From an uncultured Rhodospirillaceae bacterium (GTDB taxonomy: Bacteria; Pseudomonadota; Alphaproteobacteria; MPNO01; UBA2964), in contig CAYZDH010000001.1 of NCBI GenBank assembly GCA_964477025.1, forward strand, positions 1-44,975: 44,975 nt of DNA, in the 5' to 3' direction. The notes under the pieces are model-generated. The model did no database searches and was not told where the DNA came from. It saw only the letters and a list, made by a program, of their open reading frames with translations. Every line of letters starts with the position of its first letter. Within the stretch, counting starts at the first letter, position 1. Below, in pieces: positions 8,056-16,173 of the stretch. A program made the translations under genes and the position numbers.

Positions 8056-8988
8056 CTACGAATTAAGTCCGAGTAGATTGCGAGCGAAAAACTCGGCATC
8101 GAATGCCTGCAAATCTTCTTCCCCCTCACCTACGCCAACAGCATGAACCGGCAAACCAAACCTTTCTGCAAGTGCGACGACGACACCCCCACGGGCTGTG
8201 CCGTCTAGCTTGGTCATCACGAGCCCACTTACATCGGTCATTTCTTTAAAAGTCTCAACCTGAGAGTGAGCATTTTGGCCTACTGTAGCATCAAGTACGA
8301 GAAGGCAGCTGTGAGGTGCATTAGGATCAATTTTACGTAAAACGCGGATAATTTTTGATAGTTCACCCATTAGATCTTCGCGGTTTTGCAAACGTCCGGC
8401 TGTATCTATTAAGAGAACATCAGCGTTGTTTTTTTGGGCTTGCTCTAAAGCATCAAATGCAAGCCCGGCAGCATCCGAACCAGGACTGCTGGCGATCACC
8501 GGACAATTGGCCCTCTCTCCCCAAATCTTTAGTTGCTCAACGGCAGCAGCACGAAACGTATCGCCCGCCGCTAATACAATAGATTTACCAGTGCTAGACC
8601 AATTTTTGGCTAATTTACCGATCGTTGTTGTCTTGCCTGATCCGTTTACACCAACGACTAGGATGACGTGCGGTTTAAATCTGGAATTGATCTCGAGTGG
8701 GGTCGCGACCGGTCGCAAAATTTTGGTAATATTATTCGCTAATGCTTCTCGGATTTCCAAGTCGCTGATTTCTTTTTTGAACTTTGTATCGGCCAAAGAG
8801 GCCGATAGTTTTGCTGCTGTGGTAACCCCAATATCAGCGCTGATGAGGACTTCCTCTAGTTCTTCTAGGGTCGCGGTATCCAGTTTCCGATTGGTAATCG
8901 CCGCTGAAATGCCGCTATTTAATTTTTCGGAGGTGCGGCTTAGCCCTGAGCGTAAACGCGATAGCCACCCATCTTGTATTTTACTCAT
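8056..8988 (-). CDS. ftsY: Signal recognition particle receptor FtsY
   Basis: GVNGSGKTTTIGKLA P-loop, DTAGR and TKLDG motifs. The ATG at 8988 (MSKIQDGW...) forms an ATGA overlap with the mtaB stop, so the ORF-track N-terminus is trimmed. Confidence 0.93.
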   Translation of the reverse strand: MSKIQDGWLSRLRSGLSRTSEKLNSGISAAITNRKLDTATLEELEEVLISADIGVTTAAKLSASLADTKFKKEISDLEIREALANNITKILRPVATPLEINSRFKPHVILVVGVNGSGKTTTIGKLAKNWSSTGKSIVLAAGDTFRAAAVEQLKIWGERANCPVIASSPGSDAAGLAFDALEQAQKNNADVLLIDTAGRLQNREDLMGELSKIIRVLRKIDPNAPHSCLLVLDATVGQNAHSQVETFKEMTDVSGLVMTKLDGTARGGVVVALAERFGLPVHAVGVGEGEEDLQAFDAEFFARNLLGLNS

Positions 8989-10235
8989 GCTACCTTCGCG
9001 CCCAAACATTCGCCATTTGTTTCCGTGATTTGACAAGAAATCAACGTACCTGCATCAACTTGGTGATTTAGTTTTACAGGCAGGAATTGTTCACACCGGC
9101 CCGAATTATTTTTTTCGATTAATACACTGGCCTTTGTGCCAACTCGTGTTTCCATGAGAGCTGAGAGCCGTGCCGTACCTATTTTTCGCAGGCGCGCGGC
9201 TCGTTCGCGTCTAATTGGTTTAGGGACACCCGGCATTTTTGCTGCTGGCGTCCCGTCACGCTCCGAATAAGGAAATACATGGAGATGGGTGAGATGGCAT
9301 TCGTCAATAATTTCTATAGTGTTTTCGAACATCCTATCAGTTTCCGTAGGAAAACCGGCAATGAGGTCGGCGCCAAACGCAGAATCTGGGCGAATCCTGC
9401 GAATACGTTCACAAACTTTGATCGCGTCTTCACGGCTATGTCGCCGTTTCATACGTTTTAAAATCATGTCATCCCCAGCTTGCAAGCTGAGATGAAAATA
9501 AGGCAGGAGGCGTTCCTCGTGCTCAATAAGGTCGAATAGTTCTTTATCGATTTCTATTGGATCCAGCGATGAAAGGCGGAGGCGCGGCAGGCCGGGCACT
9601 TGTATTAATAAACGCCGGCACAAATTACCTAGCGAAGGATTTCCGGGTAAGCTTTTGCCATAGTCGGTGAGATCAACTCCCGTCAAGACCACCTCTTTGT
9701 AACCGCTCTTAACTAGGGATTTTACCTGATGTACAATTTCACCAATTGGCGTCGATCTGCTTGGACCTCGCCCGAAGGGTATTATACAAAATGTGCATCG
9801 ATGATCGCAGCCTTGCTGAACCTGAACAAAAGCGCGGGCACGTTCTTCAAACCCGCTGATGAAGTGGCCCGCAGTTTCAGTAATCGACATAATGTCGTTC
9901 ACACGAATTTTCGACCCTTTTTTCTCGAGGGTTAGCCAGGTTTCAGATTGAAGCTTCTCCTCATTACCAAGAACTAAATCAACCTCGTCCATCGCACTAA
10001 ATTGTTTAGGGTTTATTTGGGCGGCACAGCCGGTTACTACAATTTTGGCATCGGGATTGGATTTACGGGCACGACGGATACTTTGTCTTGCCTGACGTTC
10101 AGCCTCTGCTGTCACAGCACAGGTGTTTATTATGACGACGTTGTCAATACCCGCCGCTTTAGTAAGTTTTCGGATAATTTCTGATTCATAGGAATTAAGC
10201 CGACACCCAAAAGTACGAATTTCTGGCAGGGTCAC
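8985..10235 (-). CDS. mtaB: tRNA threonylcarbamoyladenosine methylthiotransferase MtaB (MiaB-like radical SAM enzyme)
   Basis: N-terminal TFGCRLN, radical-SAM CDHRCTFC, and a C-terminal TRAM-like region. The likely start is the GTG at 10235 after a GGGGG RBS; the alternative is the TTG at 10250. Confidence 0.88.
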   Translation of the reverse strand: MTLPEIRTFGCRLNSYESEIIRKLTKAAGIDNVVIINTCAVTAEAERQARQSIRRARKSNPDAKIVVTGCAAQINPKQFSAMDEVDLVLGNEEKLQSETWLTLEKKGSKIRVNDIMSITETAGHFISGFEERARAFVQVQQGCDHRCTFCIIPFGRGPSRSTPIGEIVHQVKSLVKSGYKEVVLTGVDLTDYGKSLPGNPSLGNLCRRLLIQVPGLPRLRLSSLDPIEIDKELFDLIEHEERLLPYFHLSLQAGDDMILKRMKRRHSREDAIKVCERIRRIRPDSAFGADLIAGFPTETDRMFENTIEIIDECHLTHLHVFPYSERDGTPAAKMPGVPKPIRRERAARLRKIGTARLSALMETRVGTKASVLIEKNNSGRCEQFLPVKLNHQVDAGTLISCQITETNGECLGAKVA

Positions 10236-10239
10236 AGAT

Positions 10240-11088
10240 CTAACCCCCAATTAATGCGGTATTGAATGTACCCTTAAAGCTGGTAGCTATGGGCCCTGTC
10301 ATCATCACACGGTTGTCGGTGTGCCAGTCGATTGTTAGGTTTCCGCCATCGAGTTCAACGAGCACCTTCCGCCCTGTCATATCACGCCTGTGTGCCGAAA
10401 CCGCAGCTGCACAGGCCCCGCTACCTCAAGCCTGAGTATTTCCAGAACCGCGCTCCCAAACCCTTAATCGAAGTGCACCAGCGTTTTTTATTTGAGCTAT
10501 CCCAATATTGGCGCGTTCCGGAAACAGGTCGTGACATTCTAATGTCGGCCCTATTTCGTCTAGCGCAACTGCGTCAGCGTCATCGACAAAAATCACGCAG
10601 TGCGGGTTTCCCATGTTTACTGCCGATGCATTTTTGAAGGGGCAATTCTGGATGTTAAAATCGAGAGTATCCTGTTCACTCGATAATGGAATATCACGCC
10701 AATCAAATTTGGGGGACCCCATATCAACGGCAATTAATCCATTTTTGAGCTTTTCGGCAGTTAGGATGGTGTCCCCAATTGCAATTTTTGTGCTCGTGCG
10801 CCCACTCTCTAACATGATAATATTTGCGACACATCTTGTCGCATTACCACAGGCGTGGACTTTAGAACCATCTGCATTAAAAATATGCATAAAGACATCT
10901 GCGTCGCGTAAATAGGGGTTCGATGACGGTGGCTCGAGCAGGATTACCTGATCGCACCCAATCCCAGTATGCCGATCTGCGATAGCTATTACTCCCTCTG
11001 GAGACAGGTCACACGGATTGGCTCGTGTATCAATGATAACAAAATCATTGCCGAGGCCGTGCATTTTTGTAAATGCGATATCAGTCAT
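10240..11088 (-). CDS. dapF: Diaminopimelate epimerase, full length only if the in-frame TGA at 10426-10428 is decoded (candidate Sec codon at the second catalytic Cys)
   Basis: MHGLGNDF, HACGNATRC (first catalytic Cys) and GNPHCV are present. The ORF-track product stops at ...ERGSGNTQA-TGA. The same frame continues GSGACAAAVSAHRR... for 61 codons to the TAG at 10240-10242. Confidence 0.85.
10386..10416 (-). other. Hairpin 9 nt downstream of the dapF UGA (candidate bacterial SECIS-like element)
   Basis: In the RNA, GCCUGUG (10416-10410) pairs with CACAGGC (10392-10386). Above it lie a 2x1 internal loop, an upper stem GCUG/CGGC that includes a U-G pair, and the apical loop CGGUUU. Confidence 0.3.
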
Positions 11089-11307
11089 AGGCGCGTTATA
11101 GGGGCTTATGACGTCTTTCGTCTACTCAATTGAATAAACGCAACTATTGTTATGAAGAACATACAAAGGCGAACATTTTAATCTCCGTTAATGGTTCCCA
11201 TAATTTTTGAATGCTCAAATTGTGTTGAGGCGTTTAGATTTGATTTACTCAACCGGGAAGTAGCTAGAAATAAACAGGTAATTGGACTGTCGTTTTTATA
11301 TTTAAAA

Positions 11308-12105
11308 CTATAGTTCGATATAATCTATTACTTGCCCTTCATTATTGAGACATACCCCTAGGAGAGGTCCTCCACGGCCACACCCACTATCCATGCTTAT
11401 AGTGAATTGTGTCTCTTCTAGCCCTTTCGCCGCTGGATCGAACCCGCGAACGACCTTGTTAAAACCTCCATAAGAGGTATCGATAGATGTAAAGGCGCGG
11501 GCACCCCACCAAAATACATCTGCTTGAGCATCGAGAGGCCTTTCGGGGTCAATTCCCCTATTAACGAATAGAACTGTTCCTTCACTTGTCCAGGCGGCGT
11601 GTTTTAGACTGCTTAGCCACTCCTGATGACCAGCGCCTTGAAAGGCTGTTCGGATTTTTGTCGTCCAGCGGGTGATAGCCATGGGACCCTGCCGGATCGC
11701 AGATTGAGCATCACCTGGGCTGCTTTCATAGGCTTCTAGGGTTGACCCGATGCCTTGATCAAGCATCCACTCGAGCACTTCTGCAGGATTGATTGCAAAT
11801 TGGAGCTGCATGAGTCGTTGCCACATTTCCTCTTGTGCTCCCCGCAGCATCACGATGTCGTGTATAAACATATTGCGACGACTGAGAATGTTGCGCCGGA
11901 AAGCTAAAATGCTATTCACGGTCGCTTTGACGTTCTCGCCACGCCCTAAAATATTACCCAAATAAAGCAATCGGTCTCCCGGAATGAATTTATCGGAAAT
12001 TATGGCCTGCAGTCTATTTATCCGATCTAACTCGCCATGGATGGAAGCAATCGCCCAAATCCGCCGGGTCCGCCGAAGAACATTAAAAATTGTTGATTTG
12101 GTCAT
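11308..12105 (-). CDS. Hypothetical protein with a calcineurin-like metallophosphoesterase fold and degenerate metal-binding motifs
   Basis: 265 aa. The layout matches PrpE/ApaH-type phosphatases, but the motifs read ASIHG (expected GDxHG), GNILGRG (expected GDxxDRG) and RGAQEE (expected GNHE). Confidence 0.6.
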   Translation of the reverse strand: MTKSTIFNVLRRTRRIWAIASIHGELDRINRLQAIISDKFIPGDRLLYLGNILGRGENVKATVNSILAFRRNILSRRNMFIHDIVMLRGAQEEMWQRLMQLQFAINPAEVLEWMLDQGIGSTLEAYESSPGDAQSAIRQGPMAITRWTTKIRTAFQGAGHQEWLSSLKHAAWTSEGTVLFVNRGIDPERPLDAQADVFWWGARAFTSIDTSYGGFNKVVRGFDPAAKGLEETQFTISMDSGCGRGGPLLGVCLNNEGQVIDYIEL

Positions 12106-12303
12106 GTCATGGATTAAGCGCTTTTCGTCTAATGTTCGTCAAGGATAGACCATGCGCCTTTTCCTTGACTTTCTCTAATTGGGGCGTACATTCCGCCTCA
12201 ACCCAAGGTCATTAAAGAATTTTCGCCCAGGGGTGACCATCGGTCTGCGAGTGTTCGCACACCGATGCTTTTTGCGTTGTATTGAATTTGTTGAAGAGCA
12301 CTG

Positions 12304-13653
12304 ATGTTTGAAACACTGAGCACACGATTATCTGACGTCTTTGACACGCTGAAGAAACGCGGCGCGTTATCTGAGGCGGATGTCACCTCCGCGCTACGGG
12401 AAATCCGCGTAGCACTGCTAGAGGCCGATGTTGCTCTGCCAGTTGTAAAAGATTTTATCGATGTAGTTCGTGAACGCGCTGTCGGCGAAGAAGTCATTCG
12501 CAGTGTCACCCCGGGACAAATGGTGGTCAAGATTGTTAATGATCACTTAACAGAGGTGTTGGGAGGAGATCAGGTTGCCATTAATCTAGCGGCTCAGCCG
12601 CCGGCAGCAGTCATGATGGTAGGCCTACAAGGGTCTGGTAAAACGACAACAACCGCTAAAGTCGCTATGCATTTGCGTGACCAGCACCGAAAAAAGGCTT
12701 TGATGGCATCGCTTGATGTTCGCCGGCCTGCTGCTCAGCAACAACTTAAGGTATTAGGGGCTGACGCCGAAATTACCACACTATCGATTGTCCCATTTGA
12801 AACACCGGAAATGATTACTAAGCGAGCGATGGATACCGCTCGTAAAGAGGGCTACGACGTTGTCTTGTTGGATACAGCGGGGCGGCTGCACATTGATGAG
12901 GAGTTGATGGGAGAAGCAGCCGCAATTCACAAAATAGCCAAACCCATAGAAACGCTATTTGTTGCCGATGCGATGACGGGCCAGGATGCCGTAAATGCCG
13001 CTGAAGCATTTCATCAAAAACTGCATGTTACAGGTATTGTCCTAACCCGAATTGACGGCGACGCGCGCGGCGGTGCGGCATTGTCTATTAGTGCCGTTAC
13101 GGGTTGTCCCATTAAACTATTGGGCACTGGCGAGAAACTCGACGCGCTTGAAGTTTTCCATCCTGAGCGGATTGCTTCTCGAATTCTTGGAATGGGCGAT
13201 GTTGTTTCTCTGGTCGAAAAGGCGACCGAAGTTGTTGAAGAAGAAGAGGCTGAAAAACTCGCTGCAAAGATTCAAAAGGGTCAGTTCGACTTCGAAGACT
13301 TTGCTAAGCAATTAGGTCAGGTTCGAAAAATGGGCGGCATGGGCGGAATAATGGGTATGTTGCCGGGCTCGCAAAAAGCTAAAGCGCAGATGGGTGCAGC
13401 TAATGTTGATGACAAAGCCCTTGCTCGTCAGGAGGCTATTATCTTTTCAATGACGCGAAAGGAACGACAGAACCCAAAATTGTTCAATGGATCGCGCCGT
13501 CGGCGTGTGGCTGCAGGCGCGGGCACAACAGTCCAAGAGGTTAACCGTTTGCTTAAGCAATTCAAACAGATGAGTAAAATGATGAAACGTATGAATAAGC
13601 TCGGCCAGAAGGGTATGATGCGTCATGGCCTGCCTGGGATGATGGGCCAGTGA
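12304..13653 (+). CDS. ffh: Signal recognition particle protein Ffh
   Basis: GLQGSGKTTTTAKVA, DTAGR and TRIDGD motifs, plus a Met-rich C-terminal M domain. Confidence 0.96.
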   Translation: MFETLSTRLSDVFDTLKKRGALSEADVTSALREIRVALLEADVALPVVKDFIDVVRERAVGEEVIRSVTPGQMVVKIVNDHLTEVLGGDQVAINLAAQPPAAVMMVGLQGSGKTTTTAKVAMHLRDQHRKKALMASLDVRRPAAQQQLKVLGADAEITTLSIVPFETPEMITKRAMDTARKEGYDVVLLDTAGRLHIDEELMGEAAAIHKIAKPIETLFVADAMTGQDAVNAAEAFHQKLHVTGIVLTRIDGDARGGAALSISAVTGCPIKLLGTGEKLDALEVFHPERIASRILGMGDVVSLVEKATEVVEEEEAEKLAAKIQKGQFDFEDFAKQLGQVRKMGGMGGIMGMLPGSQKAKAQMGAANVDDKALARQEAIIFSMTRKERQNPKLFNGSRRRRVAAGAGTTVQEVNRLLKQFKQMSKMMKRMNKLGQKGMMRHGLPGMMGQ

Positions 13654-13748
13654 GTAAAATCGATTAAAATATTTAGGTATAAATACTTAGCTATCAAAGA
13701 CGCAGAGAATTTAGAATTAATCAAGGACTAAAGGGGAATAAATATCCA

Positions 13749-14291
13749 ATGTCACTTAAAATTAGACTTTCCCGGGGTGGAGCTAAGAAGCGGCCCTTTT
13801 ACCGTATTGTTGTCGCCGACTCGCGAAGTCCGCGGGATGGGCGGTTCATCGAACGCATCGGTGTTTATAATCCAATGCTTAAACGTGAAGACCCTAACCG
13901 TATTCAGTTTAACGAAGAACGCGTGCGGCATTGGTTGTCGAACGGTGCTACACCGAGTGATCGTGTGGCTCGATTTCTGGGTGCAGCTGAAATTATACCT
14001 ATGCCAGAACGCCGCGAGCAGACCAAGAAGGACAAGCCGCGAGCTAAAACATTGGAACGCCTAAAGGAGCAGGAAGAAGCCAAGAAGGCGTCTGATGAAG
14101 CCCCAGTGGAAGAAGCCCCGGCTAAGGAAGCCAGTCCTGAGGAGACGCCAGTAGAAGAAGCCAAGAAGGCGTCTGATGAAGCCCCAGTGGAAGAAGCCCC
14201 GGCTAAGGAAGCCAGTCCTGAGGAGACGCCAGTAGAAGAAGCCCAAACTGAGGAAGCTGCTGCCGAAGACGAAGAGAAAAAGGAGGAATAG
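13749..14291 (+). CDS. rpsP: 30S ribosomal protein S16 with a long acidic Glu/Pro/Ala/Lys C-terminal extension
   Basis: The N-terminal [35 protein letters not shown] is canonical S16. The protein is 180 aa against roughly 80-90 aa for the core domain. Confidence 0.93.
   Translation: MSLKIRLSRGGAKKRPFYRIVVADSRSPRDGRFIERIGVYNPMLKREDPNRIQFNEERVRHWLSNGATPSDRVARFLGAAEIIPMPERREQTKKDKPRAKTLERLKEQEEAKKASDEAPVEEAPAKEASPEETPVEEAKKASDEAPVEEAPAKEASPEETPVEEAQTEEAAAEDEEKKEE
14079..14240 (+). repeat. Perfect tandem duplication, 2 x 81 bp, within the rpsP tail
   Basis: Unit 1 is 14079-14159 and unit 2 is 14160-14240. They are identical and each encodes [27 protein letters not shown]. Confidence 0.95.
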
Positions 14292-14315
14292 ACCTACACA
14301 AAGGGTCTTATTCAG

Positions 14316-14900
14316 ATGGCGCAAATGATAAGGAATAATTCCACAAACCGTGTGTGTGTCGGCCGTATTGCTGGAGCTCATGGGGTGCAGGGTTTAATTC
14401 GGATCAATAGCTATACGGAAGACCCTATGGATGTCGCGGCTTACGGCCCGGTTACCGACGAAAATGGCGAACGTATGTTTGAACTAGAGGCAAAACGTAT
14501 GACCAAGACGCAGGTCGTGGTGCGCATAAAAGGTGTTATGGATCGCAATGCCGCGGAAGCGTTACAGGGTTTGCGCGTATATGTATTACGCGAAGTTATG
14601 CCGCCAACCGACGACGACGAATTCTATTGCGAAGATCTTGTAGGTCTTGCGGCTGAAGCGGTTGATGGCAAGTCACTTGGGAACGTACTTTCGTTGCAGG
14701 AGTTTGGCGCCGGTGAAATGCTGGAAATAGGCAGGCGGCGGGGCGGCACTACGTTGGTGCCATTCACTAAAGACGTTGTTCCGTTGGTTGATTTGGAGGC
14801 TAAAAGAGTAGTTATTGATCCTCCTCCTGGTCTACTTGAACCGATCACTAAAGAGGATCCAGAAAGAGGTCTGGAGAAAGGGAGAGAGTACAATGATTGA
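14316..14900 (+). CDS. rimM: 16S rRNA processing protein RimM
   Basis: The N-terminal ...[16 protein letters not shown]... is typical of RimM, and the gene sits in the rpsP-rimM-trmD-rplS block. Confidence 0.9.
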   Translation: MAQMIRNNSTNRVCVGRIAGAHGVQGLIRINSYTEDPMDVAAYGPVTDENGERMFELEAKRMTKTQVVVRIKGVMDRNAAEALQGLRVYVLREVMPPTDDDEFYCEDLVGLAAEAVDGKSLGNVLSLQEFGAGEMLEIGRRRGGTTLVPFTKDVVPLVDLEAKRVVIDPPPGLLEPITKEDPERGLEKGREYND

Positions 14901-15606
14901 GTTTTGCTGGACTGCAAAAGTGCTAACTCTCTTCCCTGATATGTTCCCCGGGCCTTTAGGGTTTTCGCTTGCAGGAAAAGCACTAGATAAGGGATTTTGG
15001 GCGCTAGAAACAACGGATATACGTAAGTTTTCTAGTGATAAATACGCGACGGTTGATGACGCCCCTTTTGGTGGTGGGCCTGGAATGGTGATGCGGGCTG
15101 ACATTGTCGGGAATGCACTAGATGCTGCGAATTTAAAAACTCGCCCCATATATTTAACACCGCGGGGAAAACCCCTGGATCAGAAACGGGTTCGGGAGCT
15201 AGCGTTGGACCCGGAGATCGCCATACTATGCGGACGGTTCGAAGGTGTTGATGAACGGGTATTGGAGAGGCATGACTTGGAACAGGTGAGCATCGGTGAT
15301 TTCGTTCTCTCCGGTGGTGAACCTGCAGCAATCACGTTGATTGATGCGTGTGTCCGGCTGTTGCCTGGGGTGATAGGTAAAGAGGAATCGCTGAGGGATG
15401 AAAGTTTTGAAGGGGGGCTACTTGAATATCCCCACTACACGCGGCCTGTTGATTGGCAGGGGCAAAAAGTGCCAGAGCTATTGTTAAGCGGGCATCACCA
15501 AAAAATTAAGAGTTGGCGGCGTGAGGCCGCTAAACGGATTACTCAAGAACGACGCCCTGATCTTTGGAAAAGGTATCAGGAAAGTCATATGGCGATAAAG
15601 GATTAA
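14893..15606 (+). CDS. trmD: tRNA (guanine37-N1)-methyltransferase TrmD
   Basis: The start at 14893 ([22 protein letters not shown]) overlaps the rimM end by 8 nt. FGGGPGM and RFEGVDERV motifs are present. The ORF-track N-terminal extension is trimmed. Confidence 0.93.
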   Translation: MIEFCWTAKVLTLFPDMFPGPLGFSLAGKALDKGFWALETTDIRKFSSDKYATVDDAPFGGGPGMVMRADIVGNALDAANLKTRPIYLTPRGKPLDQKRVRELALDPEIAILCGRFEGVDERVLERHDLEQVSIGDFVLSGGEPAAITLIDACVRLLPGVIGKEESLRDESFEGGLLEYPHYTRPVDWQGQKVPELLLSGHHQKIKSWRREAAKRITQERRPDLWKRYQESHMAIKD

Positions 15607-15610
15607 GACC

Positions 15611-16123
15611 ATGAATATTATCGAAACGCTTGAACAAGAAGAGATCAGCAAATTGACCGCTGAGCGGGAGGTTCCGAAATTTGGTGCCGGTGATACGCTG
15701 CGCGTTCATGTTAAGGAGGTTGAAGGGACGCGCGAGCGGGTACAAGTGTTTGATGGCGTATGTATTGCCCGCATAAATTCTGGGCTCAACTCTGCCTTTA
15801 CGGTTCGCAAGATTTCATACGGCGAAGGAGTTGAACGTGTGTTTCCTCTTTATTCGCCAAGGATCGAAAAAATTGAGGTGATCCGCCGGGGTGCTGTTCG
15901 CCGTGCCAAACTTTATTATTTGCGTGAGTTGCGCGGTAAAAAAGCACGGATCGCTGAAAAGGTCGAACGTCGAGTGGGCGCCGACCAAGTTGCTAAAAAG
16001 GAAGAAGTTGCAGTTGCTTCCGATGAAACTATTCAGGAAACAGCGCCTGAAATCGTAACTGAAACGAGCGCCTCTGAAGAGGCGGCCGCGAAAACAAAGA
16101 CCGAAGGCAGTAAGGACAAGTAA
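15611..16123 (+). CDS. rplS: 50S ribosomal protein L19 with an acidic C-terminal extension
   Basis: Core motifs ...[30 protein letters not shown]... are present. The protein is 170 aa; the tail from about residue 121 is low complexity. Confidence 0.93.
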   Translation: MNIIETLEQEEISKLTAEREVPKFGAGDTLRVHVKEVEGTRERVQVFDGVCIARINSGLNSAFTVRKISYGEGVERVFPLYSPRIEKIEVIRRGAVRRAKLYYLRELRGKKARIAEKVERRVGADQVAKKEEVAVASDETIQETAPEIVTETSASEEAAAKTKTEGSKDK

Positions 16124-16173
16124 AGATATAGCTGCTTGAAGTTAGGGGTTTTAATTTGACGAAGGGAGTTGGG

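Noticed and set aside
8426-9028. 200-aa plus-strand ORF, together with many similar antisense ORFs in the track (for example 571-807, 886-1206, 18315-18785, 22777-23205, 28097-28576, 34018-34413).
   Set aside because: Each lies fully inside and antisense to a strongly recognisable housekeeping gene. They have Ser/Pro/Ala/Arg-rich low-complexity translations and no RBS. These are typical shadow ORFs.
10332-10637. 101-aa plus-strand ORF in the apparent gap between dapF and mtaB.
   Set aside because: It lies antisense to sequence that translates, in the dapF frame, into the conserved DapF C-terminus (GSGACAAAV...MTGP...). The gap is an artefact of the in-frame TGA, not a separate gene.
14079-14240. 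A tandem repeat that could be mistaken for a CRISPR array or a non-coding satellite.
   Set aside because: There are only two contiguous units with no spacers, and both are in frame inside rpsP. It is a coding duplication.
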